From Pseudomonadota bacterium (lineage in GTDB: Archaea > Thermoplasmatota > SW-10-69-26 > JACQPN01 > JAJPHT01): 55,669 bases of DNA. The translations under genes were made by a program, and so were the position numbers. Where the stretch lies: contig JAJPHT010000028.1 of assembly GCA_021325135.1 (NCBI GenBank), positions 1 through 55,669 of the forward strand, in the 5' to 3' direction. Under the pieces are notes generated by a model, which saw only the letters and a list, made by a program, of their open reading frames with translations, was not told the DNA's origin and did not search any database. This document shows, piece by piece, positions 17,755 to 26,881 of this stretch (its first letter is position 1; every line of letters starts with the position of its first letter).

Positions 17755-17916
17755 ATGCGCTCCCGCCTCAAGGGACCCCCGCTGGTGTTCGTGGGGGGCC
17801 TCTCCCTGGTGGGCTGGGGCATCAGCGACGAGACTCCGCTCCTGTGGGGAACGGGCCTCGTCGTGGCCGCGCTGGGGCTCGTCCTCCTGGCGAGGCTCAG
17901 CCGGCGCAGCCGCTGA
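17755..17916 (+). CDS. Small 2-TM membrane protein (53 aa)
   Basis: Manual translation MRSRLKGPPLVFVGGLSLVGWG…LLWGTGLVVAALGLVLLARLSRRSR. Confidence 0.5.
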   Translation: MRSRLKGPPLVFVGGLSLVGWGISDETPLLWGTGLVVAALGLVLLARLSRRSR

Positions 17917-18799
17917 TGGCGTTGCTCCAGAGCGTCTGGATGGCGAAGGTGCCGGTGCTCAGCACGATGTTGTGCGAGGCGCCGGGGCCCGAGCTGATCC
18001 ACGCGCACTTGTCGCCGTTCTCCTGGCCCGACGCGTCGGCCCAGCCGGAGGTGGGGACGGGGTCCGTGACCGCCTCGGCGTACTCGTGCCCGCCCACGAT
18101 GCTGACGCCATCGAGGTTGCCCGCCGCGCCGGCGTTGACGAAGTTCTGCCCGCAGACGCCGCCCTGGGCGTCGGGGATGTAGGGCAGGTCCGTGTACGCG
18201 ACGGGGCGGCCCAGCGTGTCGGTGGTGGAGCTGTGCCAGGCGCAGTAGCCGCCGGGCACGCCGAACTGCGCGTCGTTGTGCAGGTGCGGCGTCGCGATGA
18301 TGTAGTTCGCGTCCTTGTCGTAGCCGAAGTGCGTCGCCGCCTTCAGCGCCTCGCTGCCGATCTGCAGGTCGGGGACGGGCGGCACGGTGCACGAGTTGTC
18401 GGCCCACACGCCCTTGAGCTGGCCCGTGGGGTTGGTGATGGCGCCGCGCGCCGTCTCGGTGTACTGCGTCTGGGGCTGCATCCAGGCGCTGCCGCCCACG
18501 CCGTTGAAGAAATTCTGGAGGTAGGGCGCCTCGCTGGAGGGGTCCGCGCCGTTCCAGCACCAGAGGACGATGTAGACCTTGGGGATCTTCTGGATGGAGC
18601 CGCCGCCGTAGACCATGTTGTTGGACGCGGCGGCCTGCGCGCGGAGGCTGGGCGCCGCGACGCGCGAGGCGTCGAAGACCGGCATCGCGTGCTTCACGGG
18701 CGCGGCAGGGGCCTCCGGCGCGCCCAGCGAGAGCGCCGCCGGGATGGCGAGGGAGGAGAGCAGGATCGAGAGGGTCAAAAGCAGCGCCCGGTGCGACAT
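17897..18799 (-). CDS. Secreted Phi-1/EXORDIUM-like protein (paralog 1)
   Basis: Signal peptide; YGGG…KVYIV, YCAWHS, GHEYAEAVTDP, ENGDKC, FAIQTLWSN. Confidence 0.8.
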   Translation of the reverse strand: MSHRALLLTLSILLSSLAIPAALSLGAPEAPAAPVKHAMPVFDASRVAAPSLRAQAAASNNMVYGGGSIQKIPKVYIVLWCWNGADPSSEAPYLQNFFNGVGGSAWMQPQTQYTETARGAITNPTGQLKGVWADNSCTVPPVPDLQIGSEALKAATHFGYDKDANYIIATPHLHNDAQFGVPGGYCAWHSSTTDTLGRPVAYTDLPYIPDAQGGVCGQNFVNAGAAGNLDGVSIVGGHEYAEAVTDPVPTSGWADASGQENGDKCAWISSGPGASHNIVLSTGTFAIQTLWSNAISGCAG

Positions 18800-18933
18800 G
18801 CGGCCCCGCCACGGGCCGCGCGCCGTATGGCGTCCCTCGGCCGATGTTGAATCTGGGCCTCTTCAGCAGGAGACGCTTCGCAGGCATCCTCCTCTGGCGA
18901 GAGCGTATGAAGGGGTCCTTCAGGACGAGGCCC

Positions 18934-19392
18934 TCACCACGGGTTGCTGCGCCACTCCTCCTCCATCTGGAGCACGTGCGCGTCCAGGTCCCTCATCACG
19001 AGGCGCGGGAAGCTCCGGCGCATGAAGAGGCCCACCACCTTGCCGATGCCCTTCCAGCCGGGCGTCGCCACGGTGCGCAGCACCGTGCCGGTCCCTTCGG
19101 GCGTGAACGTCATCTCGCTCTCGGAGCGGTAGAGCGGGCTCTCGAAGACGTACGCGATGGCGTTGGTCCCCTTGAGGCGCACCGTGGCCTTGGTGGGGGG
19201 CCCCGCGCCGTAGTCGTCCTCCACGACGACGGTGTCCGCGCTGCGCGAGAGGATCCTGCGCGGCGCGCCCCTGCCGCGGTAGAGCGGCTTGTGGTGATGC
19301 CCCATGTGGTCGTCCTCGCGGAGGTCGAAGTACCACGCGCGGGCCTTGGAGGGCGGGACGCTCGTGACGCGCTCCCAGCGGATGGGGTCCAT
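18934..19392 (-). CDS. SRPBCC/START-like fold protein
   Basis: VPPSKARAWYFD…MTFTPEGTGTVLR…, C-terminal amphipathic helix. Confidence 0.55.
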   Translation of the reverse strand: MDPIRWERVTSVPPSKARAWYFDLREDDHMGHHHKPLYRGRGAPRRILSRSADTVVVEDDYGAGPPTKATVRLKGTNAIAYVFESPLYRSESEMTFTPEGTGTVLRTVATPGWKGIGKVVGLFMRRSFPRLVMRDLDAHVLQMEEEWRSNPW

Positions 19393-19401
19393 GGATCGAC
19401 C

Positions 19402-19518
19402 TCAGGACGCCTTGTGCCCCAGGCGGCGCGCGTGGTCCACCATCTCCTGCCGGTCGTGGAAGACCTTCCCGCAGGAGCAGGTGAAGTGCTGGTGGCCGGC
19501 GTGGGGGTCGTGCGCCAT
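19402..19518 (-). CDS. 38-aa zinc-finger microprotein
   Basis: MAHDPHAGHQHFTCSCGKVFHDRQEMVDHARRLGH has a C2H2-like pattern. Confidence 0.6.
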   Translation of the reverse strand: MAHDPHAGHQHFTCSCGKVFHDRQEMVDHARRLGHKAS

Positions 19519-19609
19519 CGGCCCTCCAGCGACGCGCCGCCGCATGGCCTTTCGCCTGGTCAAGCCGCGTACCGCATCTGACCTCCCCCGGGGCCGGCGA
19601 GACCCGTCC

Positions 19610-19876
19610 ATGCCCCTCGTGCGCCCCGACGCGCGCCTCGCCGACCTCGTCGTCCTCGACGTCCTGGACCTCCGCCTCGACGGCGCCTACGCCCTCAACC
19701 GCGAGTTCCTGGAGGCCTGCCGCGCGGCGTTCGACGCGGAGCCGGGCCGCCTCGACGGCGTCGTCTCCGACCTCATCCTCGCCCGCGCCATGGCCCGCGG
19801 CTACGCCGGCGCCGTGGACCTGCAAGGGCTGACCCTCGCGGCGCTGGAGATCGGCGCGGCTGAGCCCGAGGCCTAG
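19610..19876 (+). CDS. Hypothetical protein
   Basis: Host-like codon bias; co-oriented with the next gene. Confidence 0.55.
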   Translation: MPLVRPDARLADLVVLDVLDLRLDGAYALNREFLEACRAAFDAEPGRLDGVVSDLILARAMARGYAGAVDLQGLTLAALEIGAAEPEA

Positions 19877-19912
19877 GCAGGTCCAAGGGCGCGCCCGCCC
19901 CTGGCGCCCAGC

Positions 19913-20380
19913 GTGCATCCCCACGCGGCGCTGATCCAGCGCTTCTACGAGCGGTTCGGCGCGCGCGACGCCGAGGGCATGGCGGCGTGCTATCACCCCG
20001 ACGTGGTCTTCCGCGACCCGGTCTTCGGCGAGCTTCGCGGCCCCCTCGCGGCCGACATGTGGCGCATGCTCGCGGGCCGCGCGAAGGACCTCTCCATCCA
20101 AGCGAGCGGCGTGCAGGCCGACGACGAGCGAGGCTCGGCGCGGTGGGTCGCGACCTACTCCTTCGGCAAGGCGGGCCGCCCCGTGCGCAACGTCATCGAC
20201 GCGCGCTTCCTCTTCCGCGACGGCCTCATCGTCCGCCACGAGGATTCCTTCAGCCTGTGGCGCTGGGCCGGCATGGCCCTGGGGCCCGCCGGCCTCCTCT
20301 TCGGGTGGGCGCCCCCGGTGCGCCGCCGCATCCGCCGCGAGGCTCGCCGCGGCCTGGACGAGTTCGTCGCGAGGCGATAA
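19913..20380 (+). CDS. NTF2/SnoaL-like protein
   Basis: LIQRFYERF…DAEGMAACYHPDVVFRDPVF…GLIVRHEDSF. Confidence 0.9.
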   Translation: MHPHAALIQRFYERFGARDAEGMAACYHPDVVFRDPVFGELRGPLAADMWRMLAGRAKDLSIQASGVQADDERGSARWVATYSFGKAGRPVRNVIDARFLFRDGLIVRHEDSFSLWRWAGMALGPAGLLFGWAPPVRRRIRREARRGLDEFVARR

Positions 20381-20446
20381 CATTCCACCGCCCAGCGGGC
20401 GCCTCCAGCCGACACGGTGATACCGGGCGCTTGCCCTGGTGCCCGC

Positions 20447-21337
20447 ATGGCTCGGGCTGTCTCCTTGTCATTCGGAGTGACTGCGCTGTTGCTGTTGGCC
20501 GCGATCCCCGCGATGACGGGCCTCACCGGGGCCTCGTCCGGGTCGGTGGAGGGCGTGAAGCACTACATGCCCACCGTCCCCCAGGCGCCCAGCGCACCCG
20601 TGGTCGCCGCGTCGCCCCAGGTGAGCAACCTCATCAACCACGGCGGGCCCGTCCAGACGACGCCCAAGGTCTACATCGTCTACTGGGGCTGGGGCGGCAG
20701 CGACCCCTCCGGCGAGGCGCCCTACCTCCAGGCCTTCTTCAACGGCGTGGGCGGAAGCAGCTGGGCCGCCATCCAGACCCAGTACTCCGGCATCACCAAC
20801 CCCACGGGCCAGCTGAAGGGCGTGTGGGCCGACGACTCGGGCACCTACCCCGTCGTCCCCGACGCGTACATCGGCAACGAGGCCATCCGCGCCGCCGCGC
20901 ACTTCGGCTTCGACGCCAACGCGAACTACATCATCGCGACGCCGCACCTGCACAACGACGCGCAGTTCGGCGTGCCCGGCGGCTACTGCGCCTGGCACAG
21001 CAGCGTGACCTCGGGCGGCCACGTGATCGCCTACACCGACCTCCCCTACATCCCCGACGCGAAGTTCGGGAGCTGCGGCCAGAACTTCGTCAACGCCGGC
21101 GCCGCGGGCAACCTCGACGGCGTCAGCATCGTGGGCGGCCACGAGTACGCCGAGGCCGTCACCGACCCGCACCTCGACGCGTGGTACGACAGCAGCGGCG
21201 CCGAGAACGGCGACAAGTGCGCGTGGATCAGCTCGGGCCCCGGCGCGGCGCGCGACATCACGCTGAGCACCGGCACCTTCGCCGTCCAGAGCCTCTGGAG
21301 CAACGCGGCCTCGGGCTGCGTCACCAGCTACCCGTAG
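20447..21337 (+). CDS. Secreted Phi-1/EXORDIUM-like protein (paralog 2)
   Basis: Highly similar to 17897-18799; HGGPV, GHEYAEAVTDP, ENGDKC. Confidence 0.8.
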   Translation: MARAVSLSFGVTALLLLAAIPAMTGLTGASSGSVEGVKHYMPTVPQAPSAPVVAASPQVSNLINHGGPVQTTPKVYIVYWGWGGSDPSGEAPYLQAFFNGVGGSSWAAIQTQYSGITNPTGQLKGVWADDSGTYPVVPDAYIGNEAIRAAAHFGFDANANYIIATPHLHNDAQFGVPGGYCAWHSSVTSGGHVIAYTDLPYIPDAKFGSCGQNFVNAGAAGNLDGVSIVGGHEYAEAVTDPHLDAWYDSSGAENGDKCAWISSGPGAARDITLSTGTFAVQSLWSNAASGCVTSYP

Positions 21338-21527
21338 GCGCGCCCAGCCGGCCGCCCGCGCGCGGCCGGCTCCTCTCTTCTCGCTCCCCTTCGCGCAGCG
21401 TCCTCGCGGTCGGCGCCTGCGCGCTCCGGGCTCGCGGACGCCCCACCCGCGGCCGCTAACAAACGTTCCACCCTTGCGAGAGAAAGGGTATGGGGGCGCG
21501 CGGGAGGGTCGAAGCGAGTGACCCGCG

Positions 21528-21956
21528 ATGCTGCGAAGGAACCCTCCGTCCCGAGAAGCGCCCGTGGAAGCGGCAGCATGCCCGTCTGACCCTGCCCTGC
21601 TCTCCGCGGCCAGGCCAGCGGCCGCCATCGCCACGAGCGGCGACCTCACCCTCGCGGAGGGGGCCGTCGTCCACGAGTCGCTGCACGCGGACGGCCTGCT
21701 GCACATCGGAGCGCGCGTCGTCGTGGAGGGCTCCGTCGCCTCCCACACCGCCGCGGACGTGGGCGAGGGCGCGCGCATCGCGGGGTCCCTGGACGTCTCG
21801 GGCCCCGTGGTGTGGGGCACGGGCGCCAGCGCGGGCCGCGCGTTCGTGCTGGGCCCCTTCGTCACGCGCGGCGGCGTCGTGAGGACGCGCTCGCTGGACG
21901 CCCGCGCGGGCGTGCACCCGGCGGTCGCGAGGCAAGAGGGGGCCGATCCCGCGTGA
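21528..21956 (+). CDS. Bactofilin-like / polymer-forming cytoskeletal beta-helix protein
   Basis: Repeating GDLTL/GSV/GSLDV beta-helix rungs. Confidence 0.6.
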   Translation: MLRRNPPSREAPVEAAACPSDPALLSAARPAAAIATSGDLTLAEGAVVHESLHADGLLHIGARVVVEGSVASHTAADVGEGARIAGSLDVSGPVVWGTGASAGRAFVLGPFVTRGGVVRTRSLDARAGVHPAVARQEGADPA

Positions 21957-22501
21957 CGGGCCTCTTCGACGCGGGCGTCTCCCTCGCCCGCCTGCTCGTC
22001 CTCGCGGGGGGCCTGGGCCTCCTCCTCGTGGCGCTGGCCAGCCTCCCCCACATCCTGCGCCGCCTGAAGGCGCGCCACGCGGACGCGGACCCGCTGGCGG
22101 AGGCCGTCCCCACCGACGAGCCGGCCGCCCTGGTCGTCGAGGGCAACCTCCTCGTGCGCGGCGACCTCGCGCTCCCCACCACCGCGCTCGTGCGCGGCTC
22201 GCTGCGCCTGGCGTCGGACGCGTCGCTGGACGCCGACGTCGAGGTCATGGGCGACCTGGAGCTTGGCGCCCGGGCGTCCTCCTCGCGCCCCATGGTCGTG
22301 CACGGGGACGTGCGCCTCTGCCGCGACGCCGTGGTGCGCTCGACGCGCGTGGGCGGCGACGTCGTCCTGGAGCCCGGCGCGCGGGTGGAGGGGACGCTGC
22401 GCTGCAACGCGCTCTACCTGCGCGAGGAGGAGACGCCCCAGCCCATGTGGACGGAGATCGTCACGGTGGCGGACGCGACCGCCTCCGGGGAGCCGCCTTG
22501 A
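21953..22501 (+). CDS. Bactofilin-like protein with N-terminal TM anchor
   Basis: GTGA overlap; TM, then VEGNLLVRGDL…VMGDLEL…VHGDVRL…VGGDVVL…VEGTL. Confidence 0.65.
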   Translation: MTGLFDAGVSLARLLVLAGGLGLLLVALASLPHILRRLKARHADADPLAEAVPTDEPAALVVEGNLLVRGDLALPTTALVRGSLRLASDASLDADVEVMGDLELGARASSSRPMVVHGDVRLCRDAVVRSTRVGGDVVLEPGARVEGTLRCNALYLREEETPQPMWTEIVTVADATASGEPP

Positions 22502-22647
22502 GGCCCCCCTTCGGCGGTCCTCGCCGAGGGCTGGACCCCCGCGCCGCGTGGCGCGCCGTGGGGCACCCCGCCGGGAGGGCGCGCCGCGCCGGGATGGGCT
22601 GCGGAAAGGCCGCAAGCTCCTTGCTCGCGGGCTGCCGAAAGGGGGCC

Positions 22648-22857
22648 ATGGAGAACCCCACGGCGCATCGCCAGGTCGATCGGAGGGACGGTCGCCTGGA
22701 GGGCGCGCAGGACGACGAGCCCGACGCCAACGCGCCCGAGGCCGAGCGCGCGATGAAGGACGCGCAGCGCGACCTCACGAGCCTCTCGGGGCCGGTCACT
22801 CGGGACCCTTCACGCACGCCTCCCTCACCAAGCTTGCCTCCCCGCCGCGGCCCGTAA
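22648..22857 (+). CDS. Hypothetical small protein
   Basis: Short ORF filling an intergenic gap; no motif. Confidence 0.3.
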   Translation: MENPTAHRQVDRRDGRLEGAQDDEPDANAPEAERAMKDAQRDLTSLSGPVTRDPSRTPPSPSLPPRRGP

Positions 22858-22882
22858 GCCGGTGGACGCGCGAAGGGCCCGC

Positions 22883-23302
22883 ATGAGAGCCACGTGGGTC
22901 CTCCTTGCCGCCTCCCTCCTGCTAGCGTCCCTCTCCGTCGCCGCCGCGCGCCCCCTGGGCGATCCCGACGGCTCCATCTTCGTCACGCGAGGGGCCTCCA
23001 TGTCCACCCAGGAGGCGGACGCCCAGGCGCAATGCCAGGCGCAGATGCAGCGCGCGGTCGACGCCCTTCGCCAGGTGGGCGAGCCCCAGGGCGCGGGCTT
23101 CGAGTGCAACATCCACTGCTCTGCCCTTCAGGCCACGCAGGCCGGCGTGCGCATCGACCAGGCGCCGCGGTGCGTCGTCATGTTCGAGCAGCGCGCGTCC
23201 TCCGTGGAGCCCGTCGTCGACCAGACGATCGCGGACCAGGCCGCGGTGCTGGCGACGCAGCCCTACGTCCCGTGGTGGGTCGAGATGGGCAGGGGCTTCT
23301 GA
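22883..23302 (+). CDS. Small secreted protein (4 Cys)
   Basis: Signal peptide MRATWVLLAASLLLASLSVAAA. Confidence 0.6.
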   Translation: MRATWVLLAASLLLASLSVAAARPLGDPDGSIFVTRGASMSTQEADAQAQCQAQMQRAVDALRQVGEPQGAGFECNIHCSALQATQAGVRIDQAPRCVVMFEQRASSVEPVVDQTIADQAAVLATQPYVPWWVEMGRGF

Positions 23303-23305
23303 GCC

Positions 23306-23716
23306 TCAGCCCACCTTGGCCTCGAAGGCGATGGGCGCGCCCGCCCGCACCGTGCTGCCCACGCTGCAGTACTTCTCCACGGAGAGGCGCACCGCGTCGT
23401 CGAAGGCCTTCGCGGGCACGTCGCCTTCGACGCGGAAGAGGAGCTTGACGTCCTGGAACGGCTTGGGCGTGCCCTCGTCGGGGCGCGCGCCCACGCACTC
23501 CACGCGGAGGCCGGAGAACGTGAGGCGCTTCTTGCGCAGGATGACGTCCACGTCCATGAGCGCGCACGCGCCGATGGACGCCAGGAGGTGCTGCATGGGG
23601 GACGCGCCGTGGGGGCCCCCGTCGCCGTCGAACGTGATGACGGGGCCCTGGGGCGTCGCGCAGTCCAGCGAGCTCCCCTTTCCGGTGTGCGTGACGGTGA
23701 GGCGCATCTCGGCCAT
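23306..23716 (-). CDS. OsmC-family protein
   Basis: SPMQHLLASIGAC…DV…LRKKR…AVRLSVEKYCSV. Confidence 0.9.
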   Translation of the reverse strand: MAEMRLTVTHTGKGSSLDCATPQGPVITFDGDGGPHGASPMQHLLASIGACALMDVDVILRKKRLTFSGLRVECVGARPDEGTPKPFQDVKLLFRVEGDVPAKAFDDAVRLSVEKYCSVGSTVRAGAPIAFEAKVG

Positions 23717-23812
23717 GCCGTCGGCAGACGGGCAGCGGCACTTGAAAACTGCGCTCGTAGCCCTCAGCTTCTTGCATGGCACGCCCCTTGGGCCCGAACC
23801 AGGTGAACCGAC

Positions 23813-24202
23813 ATGGTCGCTGTTGAGAACGTGAGCACCATCTACGTCAAGCTCGAGAACCGCCCCGGCGCCATCGCCCGCGCCGCCAAGGCCCTGGCCG
23901 ACCACCGCATCAACGTGGACGCCATCTCCCTGGAGACGGTGGGCAGCGGCGGCTTCGCGCGCATCGTGACCCCCAAGGCGCGCGAGGGCGTCGAGGCGCT
24001 CCGCTCCCTGGGCATCGAGTCCTACGAGAGCCCCGCCATCCTCGTGAGCCTGCCCAACCGGCCCGGCGAGCTGAGCCGCGCGGCGCACGACATCGCCGCC
24101 GGCGGGCTCAACGTCGAGGGCATGATCACGACGCAGGACGGCCGCCTCGTGCTGCGCACGAGCGACAACGACCGCGCCGCGCAGATCCTGAAGAAGCTGT
24201 AA
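23813..24202 (+). CDS. Tandem ACT-domain protein
   Basis: LENRPGAIA…INV and LPNRPGELS…LNV repeats. Confidence 0.9.
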   Translation: MVAVENVSTIYVKLENRPGAIARAAKALADHRINVDAISLETVGSGGFARIVTPKAREGVEALRSLGIESYESPAILVSLPNRPGELSRAAHDIAAGGLNVEGMITTQDGRLVLRTSDNDRAAQILKKL

Positions 24203-24295
24203 GAAGGGCGTCGGCGGCGCCAAGATGGGGGGTTTCAGGGGACTATAGCCCTTGTGGGCCCATGCGGGACCCGTGACAGGCCCGCCTCGGGCCTG

Positions 24296-24745
24296 CTACG
24301 GGAGTCCGACCAGAAGGGTTTCCAGCTTCACGCGCCCCCCGATTCCGATTGGGCAACCCACCGCGCCGCTCGGGGGCGGGCCAGGATCAAATGTGATGCA
24401 GGGAAGGTTCGCTGTGAGCGCCAGGATTGCGGGTGATTCGGCGTTGCCGGTGATGGCTGACACGGAGTAGCCCGCGAAGCCCGCGGACACCTCGGCCCGG
24501 GGCTCGGCGTTTCCGCTGACGGTGGCGAGGAGGGAGGGCGCGTTCGGGTCGTCATACCCATACACCGCGTAGTAGTCCGGAGCTTGGGCACCCGGGGTCC
24601 ACTCCACGAGGGTCACATCCCCCGACTTGACGGCGAAGGCAACGGCGGGCGTTGTGGGATCGGGGAGAAGGCCTGCGGCGGGGGAAGCTCCGACCGTGGC
24701 GAGGAGAAGGCCAAAGGCGAGGAGCAAACGCAAGCGTGCGGACAT
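24296..24745 (-). CDS. Small secreted FN3-like protein with Cys-PPP-Cys loop (paralog B)
   Basis: Signal peptide; TLVEWTPG…YAVYG…PSLLA…YSVSA…ES…C…PPP…C. Confidence 0.75.
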   Translation of the reverse strand: MSARLRLLLAFGLLLATVGASPAAGLLPDPTTPAVAFAVKSGDVTLVEWTPGAQAPDYYAVYGYDDPNAPSLLATVSGNAEPRAEVSAGFAGYSVSAITGNAESPAILALTANLPCITFDPGPPPSGAVGCPIGIGGRVKLETLLVGLP

Positions 24746-24863
24746 GGTGAAGCCTCGGCCAGAACCGGCACGAGGTCCCTTAACCCTGTTGTCCGACCAG
24801 GGTACTCCCGTCCTTGAAGGTAGGAAATAATCTCCTGCCGATGATTGCCCGGTGCCGATTCTG

Positions 24864-24881
24864 TAGAGATTTGTTGTGAAA
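24864..24881. promoter_or_regulatory. Candidate operator variant TAGAGATTTGTTGTGAAA (copy 4)
   Basis: 14/18 identical to copies 1 and 2; in the divergent region of the second receptor module. Confidence 0.55.
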
Positions 24882-24947
24882 CTCGGGCCCCCGGAGGCTT
24901 CCGGCGCATAGGCTATACGTTACCCATCGGTTCGTTACGGGACCGTC

Positions 24948-26486
24948 ATGCGTTCTCTTGCGGGCAGGCTGGCCGCTGGATTTGTTCTCATGGCGCTTCT
25001 TGCGCCTCTCGTTGCGGCGGACGCAAGCGGCGATATCGCCACTCAGGGGCCCGCCACGTTCGACGGCCCTTCCGGAGGTCGCTATCAAGCAAGCGCCTTC
25101 TTCTTGCCCGACGCCTCGGCTCTCGCCTCCTTGTCGGTCGTCGGGTCGGCTCGCCTTTGCCACAACGAATGGACCTTGCAGGAGGTCCAAGTCCCGCAGG
25201 CGAGCAGCAATCCGCTCTATCGGCAGCCCACGGACAAGAAGGAGGGTTGCTTCGACACGGACGCCATTACTCTCTCCCTGGGACCCGGAGCGATGGGAGG
25301 TTGGCTTGGGGGCCGCTTCTCGGGCCCTGGCGCGTTCGACTTCACGGGCGCGGGGCCGGTCGTCGTCCAGCCTTCGGCCTCGTCCACCATGGCGAATCCA
25401 GATGCCTACTATGGGACCACCAATCCCACGCAAGACAGCCCCGACAAACCGTGGTTCTTTGAGCGCACGGTGGGACCGCACCTGAACATCACCGCCTCGG
25501 GCACTGCGCGCTATCACGGCACGGGCGAAATCAAATTCATGGGCCTCTCGGTGACGGTGACGACGCCCGCGAACCGCACGGACTATCAGACCGGCGACAC
25601 CGCCGGGACCGGCCCGCTCCATCAGCGGGAGTGGCGATGGATGACCGTTGACTTTGTGGGCGATCTGGTCCTTGAGAGCCCCCGCGCCGCGCTGGAGGTC
25701 CAGGCCACCGCCGCCTCCGTCTCCTGGGAAGGCGTGGCCCGGTTCGTGGCCGAGTCGGGGACGCTCACCATGGACGGGCGCTCCTACCCGCTCGCGGCGG
25801 GCGAGCCGGCCACGCTGGAGGGCCGATTCTCCGCGGACGTGAAGCCCGAGGGGTCGGACGGGAGCGCGCTGCGCGTGAGCCTCGCGGGCGAGGCGCGCAA
25901 CGCGGCGCTGGGGAGCGTGCGCGTCGCCACGGTGCCCGGCGGCCCCGCCTTCCCGTGGGCCACCGTGGCGGGCGTGGTGGTGGCGGCGGTCGTCGTGGGC
26001 GGCACGACCGTGGCCGCGCTGCGGCGCCACGCGCGGCCCAGGCGTGCGTTGCAGGCCGAGGCGTTGGCGCGGGAAGCCGGGCGGCTGGCGGAGGAGGGCG
26101 GCATGGCGCGCGAGGCGTTGGCGCTCTACCAGGCGGCGATTCGGCGTGCGCCTTCGGCGGCCTATTTCCTGGCCTCGGGTCACCTCTGGCGCGAGTTGGG
26201 AAAGCCGCGGCGGGCGCTGCGGTGCTTCGCGCGGGCGGCCAAGACCGGCAAGGGCGGGGCGGCGGAGTACGGTGCGATCATAGCGGCGCTCGATCTTGGC
26301 GCCGAGGACGCGGCGGCGGGGTTGGTTGTCTTGGCGTTGCAGCGGGGCGACTTGGAGCCGCGGCTCTTGAGCGTGTTTGCCACGGACGCGGGCTTTGCGG
26401 TCCTGCGCGAGCGGGAGCCCGTGAAGGAGGCGTTAGAGGCCGCGAAGCAGCGGCAGGAGTCGCGGGGCTGGCCGAGCTTGCGTTAG
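24948..26486 (+). CDS. Single-pass receptor-like protein with cytoplasmic TPR (paralog B)
   Basis: Signal peptide; ectodomain homologous to 880-2367; TM; TPRs (REALALYQAAIRRAP, RRALRCFARAA); DAGFAVLR end motif. Confidence 0.8.
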   Translation: MRSLAGRLAAGFVLMALLAPLVAADASGDIATQGPATFDGPSGGRYQASAFFLPDASALASLSVVGSARLCHNEWTLQEVQVPQASSNPLYRQPTDKKEGCFDTDAITLSLGPGAMGGWLGGRFSGPGAFDFTGAGPVVVQPSASSTMANPDAYYGTTNPTQDSPDKPWFFERTVGPHLNITASGTARYHGTGEIKFMGLSVTVTTPANRTDYQTGDTAGTGPLHQREWRWMTVDFVGDLVLESPRAALEVQATAASVSWEGVARFVAESGTLTMDGRSYPLAAGEPATLEGRFSADVKPEGSDGSALRVSLAGEARNAALGSVRVATVPGGPAFPWATVAGVVVAAVVVGGTTVAALRRHARPRRALQAEALAREAGRLAEEGGMAREALALYQAAIRRAPSAAYFLASGHLWRELGKPRRALRCFARAAKTGKGGAAEYGAIIAALDLGAEDAAAGLVVLALQRGDLEPRLLSVFATDAGFAVLREREPVKEALEAAKQRQESRGWPSLR

Positions 26487-26881
26487 TGCTTCTTCTCGCG
26501 CTCCTTGCGCTCGCGGGCCTTCTTGGCCCACTCGTCGGCCTGCATCTCGGCATCCGCGACCCGAAGGCCTTCCGGCGTCAGGTAGGTCCAGACGTAAGGG
26601 ACCTTGTTCTCATATCCCTCTTCGACGCGCAAGAGTCCGACGGCCTCCATTCTCTCGCGCCAAACGGCGCCCATCTCGATAGAAAGCTGCATGGCGTCGG
26701 CATTCTCGCGGGCGCTCAAAGGCTCGGGGTGCTTCTGCCGGTGGGCGATCAGGGAGCGCCTGACGCGATGACTGGCTAGGATTTCCTCCAAAGGCGCTCC
26801 CCCGGCTGACGGGAGCAAAGCCGCTGCACTCAGGAAACCCTTTTGTTCATGTAGTCGAATCAGGTCGACTGGTCGAACCAT
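26483..26881 (-). CDS. Winged-helix (MarR/ArsR-like) DNA-binding protein
   Basis: LSARENADAMQLS…RMEAVGLLRV…YLTPEG wing motif. Confidence 0.65.
   Translation of the reverse strand: MVRPVDLIRLHEQKGFLSAAALLPSAGGAPLEEILASHRVRRSLIAHRQKHPEPLSARENADAMQLSIEMGAVWRERMEAVGLLRVEEGYENKVPYVWTYLTPEGLRVADAEMQADEWAKKARERKEREKKH

Noticed and set aside
24203-24295. tRNA or att site at the left island border (also sought at 33330-33580)
   Set aside because: No cloverleaf or T-loop motif and no matching direct repeat found by eye
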